A stretch of 59,647 nucleotides of DNA, from the NCBI GenBank assembly GCA_036510875.1, contig DATCDE010000111.1, positions 1 through 59,647 of the forward strand. Direction: 5' to 3'. The notes under the pieces were generated by a model. The model had not been told where the DNA came from. It saw nothing but the letters and a program-made list of their open reading frames with translations, and did not search any database. Shown here piece by piece: positions 52,755 to 59,647 of the stretch (position 1 is the first letter of the stretch; each line of letters begins with the position of its first letter). A program made the position numbers and the translations under genes. Origin of the DNA: Actinomycetes bacterium. Lineage in GTDB: Bacteria > Actinomycetota > Actinomycetes > Prado026.

Positions 52755-54346
52755 AGCGGGATGTTCCCGTGCTTGCGCGGCGGCCGGCTGACCCGCTTGT
52801 TCCGCAGGGCGCGCAGCGCCCGGACGATGTGGACCCGGGTGGCCGCCGGCTCGATGACGGCGTCGACGTAGCCGCGCTCGGCCGCGATGTACGGGTTGAG
52901 TAAGTGGTCCTCGTAGTCGGCGATCAGCCGGGCCCGCTCGGCCTCGACGTCGCTCGCCGCGCCCAGCTCCTTGCGGTAGAGGATGTTGACGGCGCCCTGG
53001 GCGCCCATGACCGCGATCTGGGCGGTCGGCCAGGCCAGGTTGACGTCCGCGCCGAGGTGTTTGGACCCCATGACGTCGTACGCGCCGCCGTAGGCCTTGC
53101 GGGTGATCACGGTGACCAGCGGCACGGTCGCCTCGGCATACGCGTAGATGAGCTTGGCGCCCCTGCGGATGATGCCGTTCCACTCCTGGTCGGTGCCGGG
53201 CAGGAAGCCGGGGACGTCGACGAAGGTGAGCACCGGGATGTTGAAGGCGTCGCAGGTGCGGACGAACCGGGCCGCCTTCTCCGACGCGTCGATGTCGAGC
53301 GTCCCGGCGAACTGCATGGGCTGGTTGGCCACGATGCCCACCGAGGCGCCCTCGACCCGGCCGAAGCCGCAGACGATGTTGGGCGCCCACAGCGCCTGCA
53401 CCTCGAGGAAGTCGCCGTCGTCGAGGACCGCACCGATCACGGTGTGCATGTCGTAGGGCTGGTTCGCCGAGTCCGGGATGACCGTGTTCAGGGCCAGATC
53501 GTCGGCGGTGATCTCCACCTCGGCGGGTGCGTCGAAGACCGGCGGGTCCTCCAGGTTGTTGCTCGGCAGGTAGGACAGCAGTGTCCGGGCGATGTCCAGG
53601 CAGTCCTGCTCGTCGGCGGCCATGAAGTGGGCCACCCCGGACTTGGAGTTGTGCGTACGAGCGCCGCCGAGCTCCTCGAACTCGACGTCCTCGCCCGTGA
53701 CGGTCCGGATCACGTCCGGGCCGGTGATGAACATGTGCGAGGTCTGGTCGACCATGAGGGTGAAGTCGGTGATGGCCGGGCTGTACACCGCGCCGCCGGC
53801 GCACGGGCCCATCACCAGCGACAGCTGCGGCAGGACCCCGGATGCCGAGACGTTGCGGCGGAAGATCTCTGCGTACAGGGCGAGCGAGACGACGCCCTCC
53901 TGGATCCGGGCGCCGCCGGAGTCGTTGATCCCCACGACCGGACAGCCGATCTTCAAGGCCAGGTCCATGACCTTGACGATCTTCTCCCCGAAGACCTCGC
54001 CGAGGCTGCCGCCGAAGACGGTGAAGTCCTGGGAGAACACGCACACCTGGCGGCCGTCGACGGTGCCGCGCCCGGTGACCACGCCGTCGGCGTAGGGCCG
54101 GCGACCGTCCATCCCGAAGGCCGTCGAGCGGTGCCGGGCCAGCGCGTCGGTCTCCACGAACGAGCCGGGGTCGAGGAAGGCCACGATCCGTTCGCGGGCG
54201 GTCATCTTGCCCTTGGCGTGCTGCGCCTCGATGGCCTTCGCGCTGCCCGGCGTCTGCGCCTGCGCGAGCCGCTGGGCCAGGTCGGCCAGCTTGCCGGCGG
54301 TGGTGTGCAGGTCCGGGACCATCGGCTCGGGAACGGTCGCTGCCAT
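52751..54346 (-). CDS. accD5: Propionyl-CoA carboxylase beta subunit (carboxyltransferase)
   Basis: ATG 54346. ...[12 protein letters not shown]...[15 protein letters not shown]...[13 protein letters not shown]...[12 protein letters not shown]...RKAYGGAY. Confidence 0.96.
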   Translation of the reverse strand: MAATVPEPMVPDLHTTAGKLADLAQRLAQAQTPGSAKAIEAQHAKGKMTARERIVAFLDPGSFVETDALARHRSTAFGMDGRRPYADGVVTGRGTVDGRQVCVFSQDFTVFGGSLGEVFGEKIVKVMDLALKIGCPVVGINDSGGARIQEGVVSLALYAEIFRRNVSASGVLPQLSLVMGPCAGGAVYSPAITDFTLMVDQTSHMFITGPDVIRTVTGEDVEFEELGGARTHNSKSGVAHFMAADEQDCLDIARTLLSYLPSNNLEDPPVFDAPAEVEITADDLALNTVIPDSANQPYDMHTVIGAVLDDGDFLEVQALWAPNIVCGFGRVEGASVGIVANQPMQFAGTLDIDASEKAARFVRTCDAFNIPVLTFVDVPGFLPGTDQEWNGIIRRGAKLIYAYAEATVPLVTVITRKAYGGAYDVMGSKHLGADVNLAWPTAQIAVMGAQGAVNILYRKELGAASDVEAERARLIADYEDHLLNPYIAAERGYVDAVIEPAATRVHIVRALRALRNKRVSRPPRKHGNIPL

Positions 54347-54401
54347 CGTGGATCTCCCGTCACAGGCCCTGTCGCTGGGGGTGATCCGTACCTTAGTGCG
54401 C

Positions 54402-55238
54402 ATGCCAGCAGCCCGGTTCGACGACCTCAGCCGCCCACCGCTGGACGCCGTCGCGCTGGCCAGGGCGCTGCAGTCCCCGGCCGGCCCGTGGCGGGAGGTC
54501 CGGGTGGTCGACGTCACCGGCTCGACGAACGTCGACCTGGCGGCCGCAGCGCGGGCCGGGGATCCGGGCGGGCTGGTCCTCGTGGCCGAGCACCAGGACC
54601 ACGGCCGGGGCCGGCTGGACCGGACCTGGGTGTCGCCGCCGCGGGCCGGCCTCACCTTCTCGGTGCTGTGGCGGCCCACCGTGGACCCGGCCCGGTGGGG
54701 CTGGCTGTCCCCGCTGGTGGGGCTGGCCGTGGCCGAGGCCGTGTCCGAGACGGCTCTGGTGGACGTCCGGCTGAAGTGGCCCAACGACCTGCTGGCGGGG
54801 CAGCGGAAGCTGGCCGGGGTGCTGGCCGAACGGGTCGGCGAGGCCGTCGTGGTCGGCGTGGGGCTCAACGTCTCCACCCGGGTCGACGAGCTGGTCGGGC
54901 CGGGCGCCACCTCGCTCCTCTTCGAGGACGCCGCCTGCACCGACCGGGACCCGCTGCTGCGGTCGGCGCTGCGCCGGGTCGCCGAGCGGTACCGGGACTG
55001 GACGACCGGGGGCGGCGATCCGACGACGCTGCGCCAGGCCCTGGTCGAGCGCAGCGCCACGGTCGGTCAGGAGGTCCAGGTGCTGCTTCCGGGAGGGCGC
55101 ACACTCCGCGGCACGGCCACCGACATCGACGCCGAGGGACGACTGGTCCTCTTCACCGAGGACGGCGTGGAGGCGGTGGCGGCCGGGGACGTGGTGCACC
55201 TGGGTCAGCCCCCGATGGGCCCGGGCGCCGGCCCCTGA
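54402..55238 (+). CDS. birA: Biotin--[acetyl-CoA-carboxylase] ligase
   Basis: VTGSTNVDL...[18 protein letters not shown] (GRGRxxRxW)...KWPNDLL...KLAGVLAE. Confidence 0.93.
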   Translation: MPAARFDDLSRPPLDAVALARALQSPAGPWREVRVVDVTGSTNVDLAAAARAGDPGGLVLVAEHQDHGRGRLDRTWVSPPRAGLTFSVLWRPTVDPARWGWLSPLVGLAVAEAVSETALVDVRLKWPNDLLAGQRKLAGVLAERVGEAVVVGVGLNVSTRVDELVGPGATSLLFEDAACTDRDPLLRSALRRVAERYRDWTTGGGDPTTLRQALVERSATVGQEVQVLLPGGRTLRGTATDIDAEGRLVLFTEDGVEAVAAGDVVHLGQPPMGPGAGP

Positions 55239-55254
55239 CGTGCAAGGATGCGCC

Positions 55255-55770
55255 ATGGGCTACCCCACCAAGCTGCTCGCCCAGGGTGAGTCGATCGCGT
55301 TCGAGATGCGCCCGCACTGGCGCTCCATGATCTTTCCCTCGATCGTGCTCGTGGGCACCGTCGCCGTCGGGGGCTACCTGTACGGGCTGGTCCCGAGCGA
55401 CGGCGTGGCCTCGTACCTGCACTGGGTGATCCTCGCGGTCGCCCTGCTCATCCTCATCCTGTGGTTCGTGCGGCCGATGCTCGCGTGGCTGACCACGCAG
55501 TTCGTGTTCACCAACCGGCGGATCATCACCAGGACCGGGGTCGTCGCCCGGCACGGCATGGACATGCCGCTGTCGAAGGTCAACGACGTGAGCTTCGACT
55601 ACAGCATCTTCGAGCGGCTGATCGGCACCGGCACCTTGGTCGTCTCCTCGGCGTCGGAGACCGGCGACCTGATCATCGACAACATCCCGCGGGTCGAGGA
55701 GGTCCAGCGCGAGATCTACCGGCTGAGCGAGGAGGACCAGCGCCGGCGCGGTGGGCCGAACCACGACTGA
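55255..55770 (+). CDS. Membrane protein with bacterial PH (bPH_2/YdbT-like) domain
   Basis: LLAQGESIAFEMRPHW, two TM segments, then TNRRIITRTGVVARHGMDMPLSKVNDVSF..LIGTGTLVV. Confidence 0.8.
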   Translation: MGYPTKLLAQGESIAFEMRPHWRSMIFPSIVLVGTVAVGGYLYGLVPSDGVASYLHWVILAVALLILILWFVRPMLAWLTTQFVFTNRRIITRTGVVARHGMDMPLSKVNDVSFDYSIFERLIGTGTLVVSSASETGDLIIDNIPRVEEVQREIYRLSEEDQRRRGGPNHD

Positions 55771-56794
55771 CCGGGTGAGCGGGTCGTCGAGCCCGGACGA
55801 CCTGGACGCGCTGCTGCTCGGGGGCCCGCGCCGCTACACCCGGGACGAGGCGGTCGAACGCGCCGGGGTGGAGCTCGAGCGGGCCCGCGCCTACTGGCGG
55901 GCGCTGGGCTTCACCGAGGCCGGTGACGCCGTGGCGTTCACCCATGCCGACGTCGAGGCGCTGCGCGAGGTGGTCGCCATCGTCGAGGACGGGCTGCTCA
56001 CCGAGGAGCTCGCGCTGGGGCTGGCTAGGGCGCTCGGCCACACCCTGGGCCGGCTGGCCGGCTGGGAGCTCGACGTCGTCCTCGACCAGCTGGCCGGCCC
56101 CCCCGGCGCCCTGAGCGAGACCGGTCGTCCCCCGGTGTCCCTCACCGAGGCGTACGGCGTGGCCGAGCAGCTGCTCCCGGTGCTCGAGGACCTGCTCACC
56201 TATGTGTGGCGGCGACAGCTCACGGCCACGGTCGACCGGATGCTGCGGGCCGGCGAGCCGCAGGCGTCGGTGCGGGTGCGCACGGTCGGCTTCGCCGACA
56301 TCGTGGGGTTCACCCGGCTGGCGCGGCGGCTGGAGGAGCGCGAGCTCGGTGAGGTGGTGGAGCGGTTCGAGCAGCTCGGTGCGGACGTCGTCACCGCGGC
56401 CGGCGCGCGCCTGGTCAAGACGCTGGGCGACGAGGTGCTGTTCGTCTCGGACCTGCCGGCGGCGGCCGCGCGGGCCGCGCTCGACCTGATCGAGCACTTC
56501 GCCGAGGACGAGAGCATGCCGGACCTGCGGATCGGGCTGGCCACCGGGCCGGTGCTCACCCGCATGGGCGACCTGTTCGGGACGACGGTCAACCGGGCCA
56601 GCCGGCTCACTGCGCTGGCCCGGCCCGGCACCGTCCTGTGCGACCGGGAGACCGCCGACGAGCTGGGCGAGGAGCCGGCCCTGGCCGCCGTCGCGCTGCG
56701 CCGTCGTCCGGTCCGGGGCTTGGGGCTGGTCGAGCCGCACGCGCTGAACCGGGGCCCGTGGCGCACCGATCCGACCCCCTCCGATGGCGGGTGA
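55751..56794 (+). CDS. Class III adenylate/guanylate cyclase with N-terminal MerR-like helical domain
   Basis: RTVGFADIVGFTRLA...LVKTLGDEVLFV...RIGLATGPVL...GDLFGTTVNRASRL. N-terminus: YTRDEAVERAGVELERARAYWRALGF. GTG 55775 is an alternative start. Confidence 0.88.
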   Translation: MGRTTTDRVSGSSSPDDLDALLLGGPRRYTRDEAVERAGVELERARAYWRALGFTEAGDAVAFTHADVEALREVVAIVEDGLLTEELALGLARALGHTLGRLAGWELDVVLDQLAGPPGALSETGRPPVSLTEAYGVAEQLLPVLEDLLTYVWRRQLTATVDRMLRAGEPQASVRVRTVGFADIVGFTRLARRLEERELGEVVERFEQLGADVVTAAGARLVKTLGDEVLFVSDLPAAAARAALDLIEHFAEDESMPDLRIGLATGPVLTRMGDLFGTTVNRASRLTALARPGTVLCDRETADELGEEPALAAVALRRRPVRGLGLVEPHALNRGPWRTDPTPSDGG

Positions 56795-56898
56795 GGATGC
56801 CCTCCCTTTGGGGGATCCCACTGTGGCCGCCCGCGGGCTAACCTGCAGTCACCGGTGGGTTACGCAGGGGAGTCGTATCCCGTCGTCGCGGGAGGGGG

Positions 56899-58572
56899 GT
56901 GCCGTCGGTCGTGGCCGTGCAGGTCGAGGAGCCCCCGGGCCCGTGGCTGGCCGCCCGGCGGCTGCACGCGCTCACCGAGATCGCCAAGGCGGTGGCCACC
57001 GCGCCCACGGTCGAGCAGGTGGCCCGGGCCTGCTCCGCCGCCGTCCGGCAGGCACTGGAGGCGTCGTCGCTGTCGCTGTCGGTCTGGGAGCGGGAGAACG
57101 GCCACGTCCGGGTCCTGCTCAACGACGGTGAGCTCGGCGCCGGTGAGGAGTACCTGCCCAACGACGAGGTCTACGCCCTGACCGAGCCGGAGCTCTCCGA
57201 GCTGCTGTTCGAGGACGGTCGGGCATACCTCGCCCGCATCGACGCGGACCCGGCCGACCCGGAGTTCGACGAGGGCCTGGTCCAGCTGCTGCGGCAGACC
57301 AACAAGGGGTCCTGCCTGGGGGTGCCCGTCGTGCTCGAGGGGCGGGTCTGGGGCGAGCTGTTCGTCACCCGACGGATCGACCAGCCGGCCTTCAACGGCG
57401 CCGACCTGGACTACGCCGTGGCTGTTGCAGCCCAGGTCGCCGCGGGCATCGCCCAGGCCCAGCACCTGCAGCGGGTGGCCGGCCTGGCCTACGTCGACCC
57501 GCTGACCGGGCTGGCGAACCGCCGGGCCATCGACGAACGGCTGGACGCCGCGATGGAACGGCACCGCTCGGACGGCACGGTCGTCAGCCTGCTGGTCGCG
57601 GACGTCAACGGGCTCAAGCGGATCAATGACGAGCAGGGGCACGAGGCAGGCGACCGGGCGCTCGTCCACTTCTCGGGGGCGTTGTCCACGGCGGCCGGGC
57701 TGGTGCCCGGCAGCCTGGCCGGCCGCACCGGCGGGGACGAGTTCTGCATCATCATCGAGGGCCGGCCGGCCGACCACGCCGTCATGGTGGCCGAGGACCT
57801 GTGCCGCCGGGCGCTTGCCAGTCTGACCGAGGGGGTGGCCTGCGGCGTCGCCTCGACCGGTGACCGGGTCGGCGTGGTCGCCACCCCGGCCCGGCTGTTC
57901 CGGTTGGCCGACGCCGCCCAGTCCCGAGCCAAGCGCAGCCGGTTCTCCGGCCCGGTCGTGGCCGGGCGCGGGCTGCCGGCCGAGACCAGCACCCGGGTGA
58001 CTGCCCTGCCGTCGCGCCGCCGGGACCGACGGACCCTGCGCGGCACGGATCCGGTCGATCCGGCCCGGTTGCTCGAGGACGTGCTGGCCACCCTCGACCA
58101 CGCGGGACCGGTGTCCGTCCCGGACCGGCTCGAGCTGGTCGCGGACGCCGTGGCCAGGGGGGCCGACGGCGCGGCCTGGTGGGTGTCCACGGTCGAGGCC
58201 GGGTCCCGCGAGCTGCGCACGGTGGGTCGGTCCCACTTCCGCCGGGCGGCGGCTGAACCGGCGACCGGACCGGCCGGGACGACCGTCGACCAGGCGGTGT
58301 TCGACCTGGCCGGGTACCCCCTCACCGTCGCGGCGCTGGACGGACGGGGCTGCCTGGTCGAGGCACGCTCCCCGACCGGAGACCCGGCCGAGCAGGCCAT
58401 CCTGGACGCCGGCGGGTTCACCGGCGTGCTGCTCGCCGGCGGGCGGGACGGTGCGGGCGCCGGGTGGCTGGTGGAGGTCTACCTGGACGAGATCAGCGTG
58501 CCTGGGCAGGCGCTGGTCCCGGTGCTGCGCGCCCTGGTGGCCTGCGCGCTCGTGGGGGCGCGGCACCGGTGA
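56899..58572 (+). CDS. GAF - GGDEF diguanylate cyclase with an extra approx. 190-aa C-terminal domain
   Basis: GAF-like: ...LGVPVVLEGRVWGELFVTR. GGDEF domain: YVDPLTGLANRRAI...VADVNGLKRINDEQGHEAGD...RTGGDEFCII. C-terminal region 58000-58572 is unassigned (GAF-like?). Confidence 0.9.
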   Translation: MPSVVAVQVEEPPGPWLAARRLHALTEIAKAVATAPTVEQVARACSAAVRQALEASSLSLSVWERENGHVRVLLNDGELGAGEEYLPNDEVYALTEPELSELLFEDGRAYLARIDADPADPEFDEGLVQLLRQTNKGSCLGVPVVLEGRVWGELFVTRRIDQPAFNGADLDYAVAVAAQVAAGIAQAQHLQRVAGLAYVDPLTGLANRRAIDERLDAAMERHRSDGTVVSLLVADVNGLKRINDEQGHEAGDRALVHFSGALSTAAGLVPGSLAGRTGGDEFCIIIEGRPADHAVMVAEDLCRRALASLTEGVACGVASTGDRVGVVATPARLFRLADAAQSRAKRSRFSGPVVAGRGLPAETSTRVTALPSRRRDRRTLRGTDPVDPARLLEDVLATLDHAGPVSVPDRLELVADAVARGADGAAWWVSTVEAGSRELRTVGRSHFRRAAAEPATGPAGTTVDQAVFDLAGYPLTVAALDGRGCLVEARSPTGDPAEQAILDAGGFTGVLLAGGRDGAGAGWLVEVYLDEISVPGQALVPVLRALVACALVGARHR

Positions 58573-59647
58573 CCGACGGATCAGGGTCCCCGGTCGCCGA
58601 CCTGCGGCTCGCCGGGCTGTCCCGGCTGGCCCGCACCCTGGCGACGGCGCGGTCGCTGTCCGAGCTGGCCCAGCTGGCCGCGGAGGAGGCCCGGTTCGCG
58701 TTCGCGGCCTCGACGGCGTCGGTGTCCCGGCTCGAGCGCGAGCACGGCCTGCTGCGCACCCTGGTGAACGTGGGTCGGCTGGCCGAGGGCGAGGAACGGT
58801 TCCCGACCGAGGAGGTCTACCGCGTCGCCGAGTACCCGCTGCTGCAGGCGATGATCGACCACGCCCGACCTTGGACGGTCCGGGTCGACGACCCGGAGGC
58901 CGACCCGTCCGAGCGGGCGCTGCTCATCCGGCTGGGCGCGCAGTCCGGGCTGGCCGCCCCGGTGCTGTTCGAGGGCCGGGTGTGGGGCGAGCTGTTCGCC
59001 ACGAGGGACTCCCGCAACACGCCGTTCCTGGACGTCGACCTGGCCTTCGCGGAGGCCTTCGCCGGGCTAGTGTCGGCCGGGCTGGCCCAGGTCGAGCACT
59101 TCACCCGGGTCCAGCGGCTGGCCTACGAGGACCCGCTCACCGGGCTGGGCAACCGTCGGCTGGTGGTGGAGCAGCTGGAGCAGGCGGTGGCCCGGCACCA
59201 TGCGGACGGCTCCCCGGTCTCCCTCGTGATGACCGACGTGAACCGGCTCAAGCGGGCCAACGACCTGTTCGGCCACGAGGCGGGCGACCAGGCGCTCGTG
59301 GCCGTCGCGTCGGCGCTGTCGACGGCGACCGGGCGGGTGCCGGGGGCGGTCGCCGGCCGGATGGGCGGGGACGAGTTCTGCGCGGTCCTGCCCGGCTACC
59401 GGGTGGACGTCGCGCTGGCGCTGGCCGAGGCCTTCCTGCGCGGCGTCGAGAACGCGCCGCACGGGGTAGGGGTGGCGGTCGGGGTGGCGTCCTCCGAGCT
59501 GGCGGACGGCCCGCTGACCGTGGAACGGCTGTTCGCGCTGGCCGACGGCGCGCAGTACGAGGCCAAGCGCAGCGGCGCTGCGCGCCCGGTGGTGGCCGAC
59601 CCGGCCGCCCTGCAGGCAGAGCGGCGGGCCTACCGGGGCCGGGAGCC
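58569..59647 (+). CDS. GAF - GGDEF diguanylate cyclase paralogue, 3'-truncated by the window edge
   Basis: Not in the supplied ORF track because no stop lies inside the window. GTG 58569 overlaps the upstream TGA (GTGA). I translated it by hand: ...APVLFEGRVWGELFATR...YEDPLTGLGNRRLV...MTDVNRLKRANDLFGHEAGD...RMGGDEFCAV...DGAQYEAKRSG. The frame stays open to 59647. Confidence 0.85.
   Translation, partial: MTDGSGSPVADLRLAGLSRLARTLATARSLSELAQLAAEEARFAFAASTASVSRLEREHGLLRTLVNVGRLAEGEERFPTEEVYRVAEYPLLQAMIDHARPWTVRVDDPEADPSERALLIRLGAQSGLAAPVLFEGRVWGELFATRDSRNTPFLDVDLAFAEAFAGLVSAGLAQVEHFTRVQRLAYEDPLTGLGNRRLVVEQLEQAVARHHADGSPVSLVMTDVNRLKRANDLFGHEAGDQALVAVASALSTATGRVPGAVAGRMGGDEFCAVLPGYRVDVALALAEAFLRGVENAPHGVGVAVGVASSELADGPLTVERLFALADGAQYEAKRSGAARPVVADPAALQAERRAYRGRE

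Overview
This is a densely coding, high-GC stretch of actinobacterial chromosome. GC is roughly 70-75% by eye, and GC3-rich codons leave long spurious ORFs on every strand. I support about 59 protein-coding genes. I found no rRNA, tRNA, CRISPR array, IS or transposase, prophage gene or recognisable defence gene.

Gene order matches two mycobacterial-type syntenic blocks as I remember them:
- Block 1: pcrA/uvrD1, an M23 peptidase, sucCD, a PerM-like membrane protein and purNH.
- Block 2: icd, trpS, a YihY-family protein, sdhCDAB, an M20 amidohydrolase, cdd-deoA-add, a phospho-sugar mutase, PNP, lpdA, accA3, maf, accE5, accD5, birA and a PH-domain protein.

Three functional themes stand out:
- TCA cycle and propionate-to-succinate metabolism: sucCD, mdh, icd, sdhCDAB, accA3/accD5/accE5/birA, and a split B12-dependent acyl-CoA mutase whose two halves lie 20 kb apart.
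- Purine and one-carbon metabolism: purN-purH-(pentapeptide repeat protein)-folD.
- A nucleoside uptake and catabolism supercluster of about 16 kb: a BMP-type ABC transporter, cdd, deoA, add, deoC, two ALDH-like genes, a phospho-sugar mutase and PNP.

The window ends in a nucleotide second-messenger cluster: a class III cyclase followed by two tandem GAF-GGDEF paralogues, the second cut off by the window edge.

Nothing here looks like a classical mobile or defence island. The observations most worth follow-up are:
- A roughly 59-nt palindromic repeat present twice, at convergent gene junctions. It carries stop codons on both arms and gives two unrelated proteins the same C-terminal Q-x-NLSG.
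- A roughly 100-nt nested inverted-repeat element at 37156-37257.
- A sphingosine-1-phosphate-lyase-like PLP enzyme directly abutting an FGGY kinase, inserted into the conserved acc/maf cluster.
- A fusion of a peptidase-S51/GATase1-like domain with a CysRS C-terminal-like domain.
- A cysteine-free aldehyde dehydrogenase paralogue that lacks the catalytic domain.
- A structured leader that could sequester the Shine-Dalgarno (SD) sequence of the nucleoside-transporter operon.
- An ABC ATPase gene with no canonical start codon.

All family assignments come from reading motifs in the translations. No database search was run.
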